Below, one piece after another: positions 8,297 through 17,924 of a stretch of DNA of 64,000 nucleotides. This stretch comes from Bacteroidota bacterium (GTDB lineage Bacteria; Bacteroidota; Bacteroidia; M30B66), in contig JAIXUS010000028.1 of the NCBI GenBank assembly GCA_027483445.1, forward strand, positions 3,328 through 67,327, in the 5' to 3' direction. A program made the translations under genes and the position numbers. The notes under the pieces are model-generated. The model was not told the origin of the DNA, ran no database searches, and worked only from the letters and a program-made list of their open reading frames with translations. Within the stretch, counting starts at the first letter, position 1; the number at the start of each line of letters is the position of its first letter.

Positions 8297-11200
8297 ATGA
8301 AAAAAACCACAACCCTCATTCTGGCCATTTTACAAATCAGCCTCGCTTTTTCCCAGTGGCGACAAGCCAATCCATACGGTGGCCAAATCAACGATATGGT
8401 TTTTCCCGACCGAAAAACCGGGTTTGCCTGCGGACAGTCGACCGGGCAGGGAAGCTGTTCCGGAACCTCAAGCATTCTTCGAACCATCGACGGTGGCGAA
8501 ACCTGGATTCGTGTCAACACCGGTGCAACTGTTACCCTCACCCGACTTCAATTTTTAGATGCCTTTACAGGCTGGGCCCTCGGTGCAACAAGCACCATCC
8601 TTAAAACTACCGATGGCGGCCAAAGCTGGACCTCTCAAACCACTGGTATCGGAGCTGGATTGAATGACTTGCACTTTCCCAATGCCAATACCGGCTACGT
8701 GGTTGGACCGGGCGGATTTCTTCGAAAGAGCACCAATGGAGGAGGTACCTGGACAACCATTGCCTCGGGTACCACGCAAAATCTTTTTTCGGTTTGGTTT
8801 GTGGATGCCAATACCGGTTACCTTGTAGGCAACGGTGGAACCATTAGAAAAACCACAAACGGCGGCAGCTCCTGGAGCTCTGTGTACACAGGAACTGAGC
8901 TGTTTCGCGATGTTTGGTTTTCAGATGCCAACAACGGATATGTATTGGCTTTCAACAAAATCCTGCGCACCACCAATGGAGGCGCCTCATGGACATCCTT
9001 TGATGCCCCTTCAAACTATGTGCTTATCCGTTTTCAATTCATCAGCGCCACTAAAGGATTTGCCATCGGCGACCCCAATGTGCTTTTGAAAACCGAAGAT
9101 GGAGGACAAACGTGGAGCGAAGTTGTTCCCTCCGGCGACACAGACTCGTGGAGAAGTGTCTTCTTTTTCGATGAGCAGAACGCCTTTGGCTCCAAAGATT
9201 TAGGACGAATATACAGAAGCAATGATGGGGGCATTGGCTGGACCAATGTGCATACCGGAATGTGGGCCGAAATGCAGGATTGTGCGTTTAAATCGCCCAC
9301 CGAAGGATTGTTTGTAGGCAGCAATGGGAACATCTTCCGAACCACCAATGGCGCGCTAACCCTACGGGAAGTCCCTTCCGGAACCAATGAATCCCTCGGT
9401 TCAGTGCAGTATCTCACCGAGAATCTGGTTTTGGCCGCCGGTGACAGCGGTACCGTGGTTCGTTCTGAAGATGCCGGATTAACCTGGACAACCATTTCAA
9501 CCGGTCAGGAGGCCATCATTACCGACCTCCACGCGGTCGACTCCTTGTGGGCCTATGCCACCACCAGCGATGGAAAGGTGTTGCGGACCATCAATGGAGG
9601 GCTCAATTGGTTTGTTCAGCAGCCGTTTGAAGCCCAAACCCTGAATGCCGTGTATTTCCTCAACCGAAACTATGGAATGGTTTGCGGAAACGGCCGTATT
9701 TACCGAACAACAACTGCAGGCCTGCTTTGGGAGCTCACGGTAAATGGCGTTTTGCAGAACTCAAGTTTCGATGACATCTGGATTACCTCACAAAATGTGG
9801 CTTACGCCTCCGGTGGCTTTGGGAAATTGCACAGAACGCTAAACGGAGGCACGGAATGGGCCCCGGTTTTTCCGCCCGGACAAACCAATGCAGAAATCGA
9901 CGAGATGTTTTGGCTCACCGATTCATTGGGCTTTTTCGCCCGGTTGAATTCCCAGGCTAGAACGGTGAACGCCGGAGTCAATATCGGCTCAGAATCTACG
10001 TATTGCCTGGCCAACAACGGTGGTGTAAACACCATTTTCATGGTGGGCAGCAATTACGGTTATTGCACAGGCGGCTTGTCGCGTGTGCTGCATACCCTGA
10101 AACCGCAAGAGCTTAACAGAACCTATCTACAAGACAGTATCTACTGCTCCGGTCAGCGGATTTTCGTGGGCTTTATCGCCGGTGGAATGCTGGTCAACGA
10201 CAATGTAGTTACCGCCCAGCTCAGCGATGCTTCAGGAAGCTTTGCCAATCCGGTGAATATTGGGTCCTTAACACTTGGGTTGCCCTCCCCTAACCCATCG
10301 GGCATTATTACATGCCAGCTTCCGGCCAACGCTTCCGGTTTAAATTACCGTATTCGTGTGGTGTGCGACAACCCGCAGCTGGTGGCTCCCGACAATGGCT
10401 ATCCAATCAGGATTTCCAACACTGTTCAGCCTTTGGGCCTCATCGAAGCCAATCCGGCAAATGTATGTTCAGGCGCTCCGATTCAGTTTCAGGCCTCAGG
10501 AACGGCCTTAGGCAACAACCCAAGCTATCTTTGGACGCTGAACGGCGTTGCCTTGAATTATGAAGCCCCACAACTCAGCATCGACACCCTCACCGTTGCG
10601 GGAACCATGCAGCTTACTGTTCAAAGCAGTTTGACCTGTGCTTCTCCACTCAGCCACAGCTCAAATGTGAGCTTCACCATTGCGGAAGCTCCGGTGTTTA
10701 GTTTGGGTGATGACCAAACGCTTTGTGCCGGCGATAGCCTTGAAATTGGACTCAACACCGAGCTCACGCCAAACTGGAGCAACAGCGGCCTTCCCGACGA
10801 AAGTATAGTTACGGTAAGTCCCAGCCAAACAACCAGTTATAGCTTAGCCCTTACAAACAGCGATGGATGCTCGACCAGCGATACCATTCAGGTAATTGTG
10901 GAAGAGCCGGTTAGCTTCAATATTTTGGGCAACTTCAGTGGTTGTCCCGGCGATACTTTAACATTGAGTGTGCCTGAAAATCAAGGTGTTTACGAGTGGC
11001 GTTTGGATGACCTTGCCGTCGAAGCGGAGAACAACAGTCTCGCCCTTGCATTAGAAGCCAATGCCACATTAGTTGTTCAGTTCAGTTCAGCGGCGAGTTG
11101 TTTGTCGGCCGATACTGCATTAATTACCGTGTTCGATCTGCCTGCAACTCCCGTAATTGGCTTTGATGGTGGCGAATTGGTGATTGAGGGCGGTTCGGCA

Positions 11201-11611
11201 TTTCCTGTTCAGTGGTTGTTGGATGGCGTTCCGGTTCCAAACGAGAGTAACGATACTTTAACCGTTTCGGCCATTGGCGTTTACACAGCCGTAGTGAGCA
11301 ATGCCGATGGCTGCACCTCCACCTCTGCCCCACTCGATTTAGGAACGGTCTCCTTGCCCAATGCGGAAAACACTGCGCCTTTTGTTTTCACTCAGAGCGA
11401 CCGCTGGATTTTACAAGGAATGCCTTTCGATCGCCAAAAGCCAACCACAGTTCGCGTTTTTGATGGACTAGGCCGATTGCTTCACCAGGAGCAGGCTCAG
11501 CCTTCGGGCGAAAAACAGCTAAGCATGAAAAGTGTATTGCTCCCCGCCGGCGTTTATTTCATTCAGGCGGCTAACTTTAGGGCCATTCCGCTTGTCATCC
11601 AACCACAGTAA
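8297..11611 (+). CDS. YCF48/BNR (Asp-box) beta-propeller protein with Ig-like stalk and T9SS type-A-like C-terminal domain
   Basis: Signal peptide, many xTxDGGxTW/TxNGGxxW repeats, Cys-containing Ig-like repeats, C-terminal VRVFDGLGR...LPAGVYFI. Confidence 0.85.
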   Translation: MKKTTTLILAILQISLAFSQWRQANPYGGQINDMVFPDRKTGFACGQSTGQGSCSGTSSILRTIDGGETWIRVNTGATVTLTRLQFLDAFTGWALGATSTILKTTDGGQSWTSQTTGIGAGLNDLHFPNANTGYVVGPGGFLRKSTNGGGTWTTIASGTTQNLFSVWFVDANTGYLVGNGGTIRKTTNGGSSWSSVYTGTELFRDVWFSDANNGYVLAFNKILRTTNGGASWTSFDAPSNYVLIRFQFISATKGFAIGDPNVLLKTEDGGQTWSEVVPSGDTDSWRSVFFFDEQNAFGSKDLGRIYRSNDGGIGWTNVHTGMWAEMQDCAFKSPTEGLFVGSNGNIFRTTNGALTLREVPSGTNESLGSVQYLTENLVLAAGDSGTVVRSEDAGLTWTTISTGQEAIITDLHAVDSLWAYATTSDGKVLRTINGGLNWFVQQPFEAQTLNAVYFLNRNYGMVCGNGRIYRTTTAGLLWELTVNGVLQNSSFDDIWITSQNVAYASGGFGKLHRTLNGGTEWAPVFPPGQTNAEIDEMFWLTDSLGFFARLNSQARTVNAGVNIGSESTYCLANNGGVNTIFMVGSNYGYCTGGLSRVLHTLKPQELNRTYLQDSIYCSGQRIFVGFIAGGMLVNDNVVTAQLSDASGSFANPVNIGSLTLGLPSPNPSGIITCQLPANASGLNYRIRVVCDNPQLVAPDNGYPIRISNTVQPLGLIEANPANVCSGAPIQFQASGTALGNNPSYLWTLNGVALNYEAPQLSIDTLTVAGTMQLTVQSSLTCASPLSHSSNVSFTIAEAPVFSLGDDQTLCAGDSLEIGLNTELTPNWSNSGLPDESIVTVSPSQTTSYSLALTNSDGCSTSDTIQVIVEEPVSFNILGNFSGCPGDTLTLSVPENQGVYEWRLDDLAVEAENNSLALALEANATLVVQFSSAASCLSADTALITVFDLPATPVIGFDGGELVIEGGSAFPVQWLLDGVPVPNESNDTLTVSAIGVYTAVVSNADGCTSTSAPLDLGTVSLPNAENTAPFVFTQSDRWILQGMPFDRQKPTTVRVFDGLGRLLHQEQAQPSGEKQLSMKSVLLPAGVYFIQAANFRAIPLVIQPQ

Positions 11612-11622
11612 TACGTAAAACG

Positions 11623-13224
11623 ATGTGTAGAATATTCTTCCTGATTGGCCTTTTCTGCTCAACATGGGCCTTTGCCCAACAGACCGAATTTGGAACTGAA
11701 TCTGAGTCCTCTTCATACAGGAATATGCCCTTTTTTCTGGGGCAAAAGGATGGAAAAATCTACACCGTTCGAATTACCGGCTACAGCGCTGGGCTTTACA
11801 CACAACTGCTACGCAGCGATGCCAAAGCGGCACTGGGCGCAATGATCGTTGGTGTGGCCAAATTCTCTAACGACGCTCCATTTAATAGTCAGCGTTTGTA
11901 TTTTGGACAAAACAGTCGGGTTTTTCTCGAAATCTACGACGAAGCCTTAAGGCAGGTGTCTTCGAAAGAACTGGACCTTGAAGACCAATTAACCGGAGAT
12001 CCAATGCGGATGTTAGGACTTTCGTTAATTGGAAATCAACTGTATGCCTTTTCTTACCAGGAAGCCAACAATGGTGAAACCAACCGCGTTTTAGCGCACC
12101 AGGTTTCAGAAGATGGGCAAATCGAAAAGCCCGGCGCCGAGCTGATGAGCTACAATACCCAAAACCACTTGATTTCAGGCCGAAAGTCTCACACCTTCCG
12201 CATAGAAGCCAGTCCCAACAACCAGCATTTCATGGTTTCGCAGAGCGAGCTTCGTTTTCCCAAGAATCAAAAGGCCGACAAGCGTTTCAAGATGGCCTTT
12301 TTCGACAAGCAGCTCAGGCAGGAATGGTCGGTGGAGTTTAACCCGAAATTTCCGGTTGATGAGGCTGAATTGATTGAAATGAAAATTTCAGACCTTGGCG
12401 ATGCGGCCTGCTTATTCAAGTATAAGAATCCCGACAAAGACGGCCCCGACGATCTTTACACACTCTTTACTTATTTCAAGGCACTCGACCGTTGGGAAGA
12501 GTTTTCGCTCAAGATTCCCGGGAAGTTTAACAACGACATTTTACTTCAGTATGGTTCGGAGCGACTATTTGTGTCGGGCTTTTTCTCCGGAAGAGGAAAG
12601 TCATCCGCCGAAGGCTATTTCTACAGAGAGATTGATACCCGCAATGGTGCCATACTGCGCGACATTGAAGATAATTTTAGCCGCGAAATGCTTGGCCTCG
12701 CGTTGGGCGAAAAAGCCGAAAACAGCAACGGTTTAATCAGCAATTTTCACATGAGGCGTATGATTCCAATGGCGAATGGCGGCGTTATTTTAGTGGCTGA
12801 GCGGTATTTTATCCTGTACAACAACAACGCCTTTGAGTTTCGTTACGACGATGCTTTCATGATCAGGCTCGACGCTGATGGCCGCTGCATCCAAACGGCC
12901 AAAGTGGCTAAAACGCAAAATACAGCCGATGATGGCGGTTTATTCAACTCGTTTTGTGTGATTTCGAACGAGCAGGAATTGGTGTTCATTTACAATGCGA
13001 ACCGAAAAGACCCCAATAACCGAATGACCAATCCCAACCGGGCCTCGGTATACCTCACGCGCATTCCATTCGATGGCAGTGCGCAAACTACAACCATGCT
13101 GTTTAATGGTAAAGAGGCTGAAACTGTGGCCGTTCCCAAAGTTTTTCTCCAGGAGTCGCCGTCTTCCGTGGTGTTTTACAACTACAAACGCGGAAATTTC
13201 AAGTATGCCCGCGTAAAGTTTTAA
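11623..13224 (+). CDS. Secreted hypothetical protein (probable beta-propeller)
   Basis: 533 aa, signal peptide, beta-rich; GGVILVAERY motif seen in Bacteroidota hypothetical proteins. Confidence 0.7.
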   Translation: MCRIFFLIGLFCSTWAFAQQTEFGTESESSSYRNMPFFLGQKDGKIYTVRITGYSAGLYTQLLRSDAKAALGAMIVGVAKFSNDAPFNSQRLYFGQNSRVFLEIYDEALRQVSSKELDLEDQLTGDPMRMLGLSLIGNQLYAFSYQEANNGETNRVLAHQVSEDGQIEKPGAELMSYNTQNHLISGRKSHTFRIEASPNNQHFMVSQSELRFPKNQKADKRFKMAFFDKQLRQEWSVEFNPKFPVDEAELIEMKISDLGDAACLFKYKNPDKDGPDDLYTLFTYFKALDRWEEFSLKIPGKFNNDILLQYGSERLFVSGFFSGRGKSSAEGYFYREIDTRNGAILRDIEDNFSREMLGLALGEKAENSNGLISNFHMRRMIPMANGGVILVAERYFILYNNNAFEFRYDDAFMIRLDADGRCIQTAKVAKTQNTADDGGLFNSFCVISNEQELVFIYNANRKDPNNRMTNPNRASVYLTRIPFDGSAQTTTMLFNGKEAETVAVPKVFLQESPSSVVFYNYKRGNFKYARVKF

Positions 13225-13456
13225 CCCGGTTTGTAATGGTCGTTTTGGGCTTTTAACTTTTTTCAGGTGGCCGCAAGCGGATGTCCTTTCGGGGCCTTTA
13301 ATTCTACCGTTTCGGTATTTGAAGCCTGATCATGCACAAAGCGAAGGCAGCATTGCAGAATGTCCACAAAGTAAACCTGAGGTTTTGCGCGGTTTCGCTG
13401 GATTTCAAAGCAACATCGGAAGCAAGCCTTAAACTTGAAAATTTCGGAATTGCTCA

Positions 13457-13477
13457 GTAGTGTTGGAATGACACCAT
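13457..13477. promoter_or_regulatory. Candidate NrtR/AraR-type operator (GTGT-N7-ACAC) upstream of the NrtR-family gene
   Basis: GTAGTGTTGGAATGACACCAT contains the GT-N7-AC core typical of NrtR-family boxes, about 30 nt before the ATG. Confidence 0.6.
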
Positions 13478-13506
13478 TCGGTTTTTTCTTAAATTTACGC
13501 CACCTA

Positions 13507-14277
13507 ATGAAAACGTTGCCTACACAACCTGAAACACTTGTAAATACCGAATTACAAAACCCGCACGTGTCTGTCGACTGCGTGATTTTTGGTTTTGAAG
13601 AAGGTGATTTAAAAGTACTGCTGATTGAGCGAAACATCGACGATTCCGATTTCCAGTCGAAACGATATTCATTGCCCGGAAACTTGATTAACGACAATGA
13701 AGATTTGGATACGTCGGCCAAGCGTATTTTGCGAGAGCTCACCTCATTGGAGAACCTTTATCTCCAGCAGTTTTACGCATTTGGAGATCCGAACCGTGTT
13801 AAGAGTTCTGCCGATGCCCAGTGGCTCAATGCTGTACGTGATGTTCCTACTGCACGGGTAATTACCGTGGCCTATTATTCCTTGGTGAAGCTCGACGATT
13901 ACCAGCCGTCGGCCGCCTCATTTGCCCGCAAGGCATTTTGGTGCTCAATTCACCAGATTCCTGATTTAGCCTTCGACCACAACCAGATTTTAGATTCAGC
14001 CCTTCGCTCGCTGAAAAATAAACTACGCGTAGAGCCCATAGGTTTCGAGCTGCTTCCTAAAAAGTTTACCCTCGGACAGCTTCAGCGAGTGTATGAAACC
14101 ATTCTGGGAACAACGCTCGACAAGCGAAACTTCCGCCGGAAAATCCTCAATAAGGATTTCCTCAAACCACTCCAGGAAAAACAAAAAGGCGTACCCCACA
14201 AAAGAGCACGCCTCTTCGAATTCGATCAGGAACGTTACGAGAGTTTAAAGTCTGGACAGTTCTCTTTCGAGTTTTAG
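13507..14277 (+). CDS. NrtR/AraR-family transcriptional regulator (Nudix-like + wHTH)
   Basis: SVDCVIFGF, QFYAFGDPNR, RVITVAYYSLV, LAFDHNQI, FTLGQLQRVYETILG, DKRNFRRK. Confidence 0.92.
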   Translation: MKTLPTQPETLVNTELQNPHVSVDCVIFGFEEGDLKVLLIERNIDDSDFQSKRYSLPGNLINDNEDLDTSAKRILRELTSLENLYLQQFYAFGDPNRVKSSADAQWLNAVRDVPTARVITVAYYSLVKLDDYQPSAASFARKAFWCSIHQIPDLAFDHNQILDSALRSLKNKLRVEPIGFELLPKKFTLGQLQRVYETILGTTLDKRNFRRKILNKDFLKPLQEKQKGVPHKRARLFEFDQERYESLKSGQFSFEF

Positions 14278-14293
14278 TCCTTCCTCAAACTGC

Positions 14294-14488
14294 TTATTGA
14301 ACTTGTTTTTCTACCGGGGTCTTTTCAGGCTCGGTGTCACCGTCTTTGGCTTGCTTAAATTCCTTAATGCCTTGGCCGATGCCTTTCATCAATTGAGGGA
14401 TTTTTTTGCCTCCAAAGAAGATCAGGAGAACGGCTACAACAAGAATGATTTCAGTGGGCCCAAAGGCTCCAAGCAAAATGCTTTTCAT
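14294..14488 (-). CDS. tatA: Twin-arginine translocase TatA/E
   Basis: GPTEIILVVAVLLIFFGGKKIPQLMKGIGQGIKEFK. Confidence 0.92.
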   Translation of the reverse strand: MKSILLGAFGPTEIILVVAVLLIFFGGKKIPQLMKGIGQGIKEFKQAKDGDTEPEKTPVEKQVQ

Positions 14489-14742
14489 GGTTGAATGTTT
14501 TTATTGATATCGTCGCGTATGGTGTCAATTTCCTTTTTGATACCGGTTTCTTCGTTTACTTTATTGGCCTCGCGCGCAATTTCTGAGCGTATACTGTTGG
14601 AGGCGTCTTTGATTTCGCGCATACCTTTACCCAGACCTCGGGCTATTTGAGGAATATTCTTCGACCCGAAGAAGATGAGCACGAAAATCATAATCAGCAA
14701 CAGCTCCCCAGCACCAACTTCGAAAAACAACAATACCGGCAT
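14485..14742 (-). CDS. Second TatA/TatB-family subunit
   Basis: GAGELLLIMIFVLIFFGSKNIPQIARGLGKGMREIK; ATG at 14742; its stop overlaps the next tatA start. Confidence 0.88.
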   Translation of the reverse strand: MPVLLFFEVGAGELLLIMIFVLIFFGSKNIPQIARGLGKGMREIKDASNSIRSEIAREANKVNEETGIKKEIDTIRDDINKNIQP

Positions 14743-14745
14743 AAC

Positions 14746-14777
14746 AAAAAAGCAGGTTCCCTTATCGAAAACCTGCT
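14746..14777 (-). terminator. Intrinsic terminator after secDF
   Basis: On the minus strand, an AGCAGGTT/AACCTGCT 8-bp stem followed by a T tract. Confidence 0.65.
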
Positions 14778-14803
14778 CCAAAAGTACGTTTATTTTGGAT
14801 GTC

Positions 14804-17800
14804 TTATTCTGCTTTCTTTTCGTTTTTTGCACTGCGGCGGAAGAGGTCAACCACCACAGGAGAAGCAACAAAGAGTGAGGTATAAGTACCTACAATTACA
14901 CCGATCAGCATCGCGAAAGAGAATCCACGAATCACTTCACCACCAAAGAAGAAGAGAATAATCAACACTCCAATAGTGGTTAAACCGGTAACTACCGTAC
15001 GACTCAGGGTGCTATTCAAGGCGTTATTAATGATCGTAGCCATGTCTTCGCTCTTGCTGCCATGCTGACCTAGATACTCACGAATACGGTCGAAAATTAC
15101 CACCGTATCGTTGATTGAGTAACCTACTACGGTAAGAATGGCTGCAATAAAGGCTTGGTCAATATCGAGCGAGAACGGCAGGATACCATTGAAGATTGAG
15201 AACACCGAGAGGATGAAAATCACTACGTACGCCAAGGCTGCAATGGCCCCAACACCATATTGCCATTTGCGGAACCGAATCAACAGGTAAGCAAACAGAA
15301 TCAACAACGAGAATATAACTGAAAGAATCGCAGAATCCTTGATATCATTGGCTACCGTTGGCTCCACTTTATTGGCAAGAATAATTACAGGTTCTTTGCC
15401 GGTTAGCTTAGTCAACTCTCCAACCACAATTTTTGATACCGCAGAATCAGCGGCCAACGACTCATCGCCAATCATGTAGTCGGTAGTCACTTGAAGCTGA
15501 TTTTTACCACCATATATCTTCACATCCGGTGCTTGTTTGATGGCTTTATAGATGGCCTGACGAGCACTTTCTGATGATACAGGCTTATCAAATTGAAGCA
15601 CATAGGAACGACCACCTTCGAAATCAACACCGTAACCAAAACCGCGAACGTACATTGAGCCCAAACCTAGCACAATTACCGCCAAGGAGATTATGTAGAA
15701 TCGGCGACGCTGATTGATGAAGTCGAAGTTAGAATCCTTCAGAATATTGGCCGTCAACGGTATTGAGAAGCTCAACTGCTTGTTTCGCCCAGAGAAGAAG
15801 TCGAAAATCAAGCGGGTGATGAAAATGGCTGCAAACAGTGAGGTACAGATACCAATCACCAACGTAGTCGCAAAGCCTTGAATCGGACCACTACCAAACA
15901 CGTAAAGCACAACGCCCGTCAACAATGTTGTTACGTTGGAGTCGATGATGGCAGAGTAAGCGTTCTTGTAACCGTCGGCTATGGCAAGCTTGTACCCTTT
16001 ACCGGCGGCTAGTTCCTCTCGGATACGTTCATAAATCAGTACGTTCGCATCCACCGACATACCTATGGTTAACACAATACCTGCAATACCGGGAAGGGTA
16101 AGCACTGCGCCCAAAGAGGCCATCACACCCATCAGGAAAAACAGGTTCGTAATCAAGGCAATGTCGGCCACAATACCACCGCCACTGTAGTAGAAGGCCA
16201 TGAACAGGAACACCAACAGCAAACCTACTAATGAAGAGATAAGTCCCGCTTGAATGGCTTCAGCACCTAATGATGGACCCACTACTGCTTCCTGAACGAT
16301 GCGTGCAGGAGCATCCATTTTACCGGAATTCAGAATATTGGCCAAGTCTTCGGCCTCTTTAATCGAGAAATCACCGGTAATCTGAGAAACACCGCCGGCA
16401 ATTTCCTGCTGCACGGTAGGTGCACTGTAAACGTATTCATCTAGCGTAATTGCAATGCTACGTTTCACATTCTCACCGGTCATCTTTTTCCAGATTCGGG
16501 CACCTTCGCCATCCATAGCCATCGATACTTCCGGACGGTTGTTCAACTGACCGTAAGCCAGGCGGGCATCTACAACGTGGTCGCCGGTGAGCTTAGGCCT
16601 CCCATCGCGTGGAACCTTAACGGCAAACAACTCCAACACCTGGGTTTTGTCTTTCGATGATTTAACGCCCCACATAAAGCGAACATCACCCGGAAGCAAT
16701 CCTTCCACCTCTGGCATGCGGAGGTACTGATTTACACGACCGGTATCTTTAATTAAGGACAACCCGATCGCAGGCCCTGGTGAATAAAGGTAAGGACCGT
16801 CGGCTTTTTCCTGATATACTTTTTGAGTAAGAACCGCTAAAAGTGGGTTTTCCTTACGGAATTTCTCCTGGTCGGCTTTCAGGGCAGCGGCCGAATCGGC
16901 TCCTTTGGCACCCGAATCTTTAGTAGAAGCCAGCTTTTCGGCCAGCGACTTTGCTGAATCTGCCGCCTGAGCAACAGCCTTCGACGCTGAATCTGCACTT
17001 GCTGCCTGTGTGGTATCGTTAGCTGCTGCACTATCGCTAACCGCAGGCTTCAAGCCGTTGAGTTCTGCAATACGCTTGTTAACAGCCTCCAGAGAATTCC
17101 AAATCTCCTGACCGTTTTCATAGGTCTCCCAAAACTCCAGTTTGGCGGCTCCTTGCAACAGTTTACGAACGCGCTCAGGATCTTTCACACCCGGCAATTC
17201 TACCAAAATGCGGTCAGAGCCTTCCAAACGCTGAATGTTTGGCTGAGTAACACCGAACTTGTCAATACGATTTCGGATTACCAAATACGCATTGTCGATC
17301 GACGACTTCACTTGTTCGCGAACTACATTGATCACCTCATCGTTGGTCATCTTTGAGTTCACACGACTCTGCATGTCTTTGTTACCAAAGAAAGCCGGAG
17401 AAGAAAGCTTAGCGTTGGGGTCGATTTGTTTTACAGCATTGTAGAACAACGTAACGTAGTCGCCACCATTTTTCTTCTGCTCGGCAGAGGCTTGCTGCAA
17501 GGCCTTGGTAAAGGTCGGATCCTGACTGTTATTTGAAAGGGTGCGAAGAACGTCGGCTACCGAAACTTCGAGCATTACGTTCATACCCCCTTTTAGGTCA
17601 AGACCCAGGTTGATTTCTTTTTCCTTAACCTCGCTATAAGTCTTACCTAAGTAGACTACTTCGCCGGCAATAGAATCGAGATAATTTTTGGCTTTTAGCG
17701 AGTCACCACCTGCGTACTCCATCGCATCTTTCTCGATGCGTGAAGACATCCAGGTGAATGACAACTCATACAAACAAACAAGTGTTAGGAGAATCGCGAA

Positions 17801-17827
17801 AAAGCTTATTGCGCCTTTGTTTTGCAT
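14804..17827 (-). CDS. secDF: Protein translocase subunit SecDF (fused)
   Basis: LGLDLKGG, VGPSLG, GMSVDANVLIYERIREE, GVDFEGG, GYSINDTVVIFDRIRE. Confidence 0.97.
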   Translation of the reverse strand: MQNKGAISFFAILLTLVCLYELSFTWMSSRIEKDAMEYAGGDSLKAKNYLDSIAGEVVYLGKTYSEVKEKEINLGLDLKGGMNVMLEVSVADVLRTLSNNSQDPTFTKALQQASAEQKKNGGDYVTLFYNAVKQIDPNAKLSSPAFFGNKDMQSRVNSKMTNDEVINVVREQVKSSIDNAYLVIRNRIDKFGVTQPNIQRLEGSDRILVELPGVKDPERVRKLLQGAAKLEFWETYENGQEIWNSLEAVNKRIAELNGLKPAVSDSAAANDTTQAASADSASKAVAQAADSAKSLAEKLASTKDSGAKGADSAAALKADQEKFRKENPLLAVLTQKVYQEKADGPYLYSPGPAIGLSLIKDTGRVNQYLRMPEVEGLLPGDVRFMWGVKSSKDKTQVLELFAVKVPRDGRPKLTGDHVVDARLAYGQLNNRPEVSMAMDGEGARIWKKMTGENVKRSIAITLDEYVYSAPTVQQEIAGGVSQITGDFSIKEAEDLANILNSGKMDAPARIVQEAVVGPSLGAEAIQAGLISSLVGLLLVFLFMAFYYSGGGIVADIALITNLFFLMGVMASLGAVLTLPGIAGIVLTIGMSVDANVLIYERIREELAAGKGYKLAIADGYKNAYSAIIDSNVTTLLTGVVLYVFGSGPIQGFATTLVIGICTSLFAAIFITRLIFDFFSGRNKQLSFSIPLTANILKDSNFDFINQRRRFYIISLAVIVLGLGSMYVRGFGYGVDFEGGRSYVLQFDKPVSSESARQAIYKAIKQAPDVKIYGGKNQLQVTTDYMIGDESLAADSAVSKIVVGELTKLTGKEPVIILANKVEPTVANDIKDSAILSVIFSLLILFAYLLIRFRKWQYGVGAIAALAYVVIFILSVFSIFNGILPFSLDIDQAFIAAILTVVGYSINDTVVIFDRIREYLGQHGSKSEDMATIINNALNSTLSRTVVTGLTTIGVLIILFFFGGEVIRGFSFAMLIGVIVGTYTSLFVASPVVVDLFRRSAKNEKKAE

Positions 17828-17860
17828 CTGAACTTGTTAAAATTTCTTAAAATCGGACGG

Positions 17861-17868
17861 CAAATATA
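17861..17868 (-). promoter_or_regulatory. -7 element (TATATTTG) of secDF
   Basis: Exact TAnnTTTG match 33 nt upstream of the ATG. Confidence 0.55.
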
Positions 17869-17924
17869 GAACATCAGACGAATATCCCTGAGTAGATTCT
17901 AAAGAAAAAAAGGCATTTTTGCAC

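Noticed and set aside
8297-10100. Nucleotide-level repeats (ACCACCAATGG-like) in the YCF48 gene as an array or DGR target
   Set aside because: Explained by protein-level Asp-box repeats; no reverse transcriptase is present
13263-13742. 159-aa antisense ORF and other long shadow ORFs (32508-33062, 47237-47788, 55364-55852, 57813-58391)
   Set aside because: Antisense to well-supported genes, with no independent motifs
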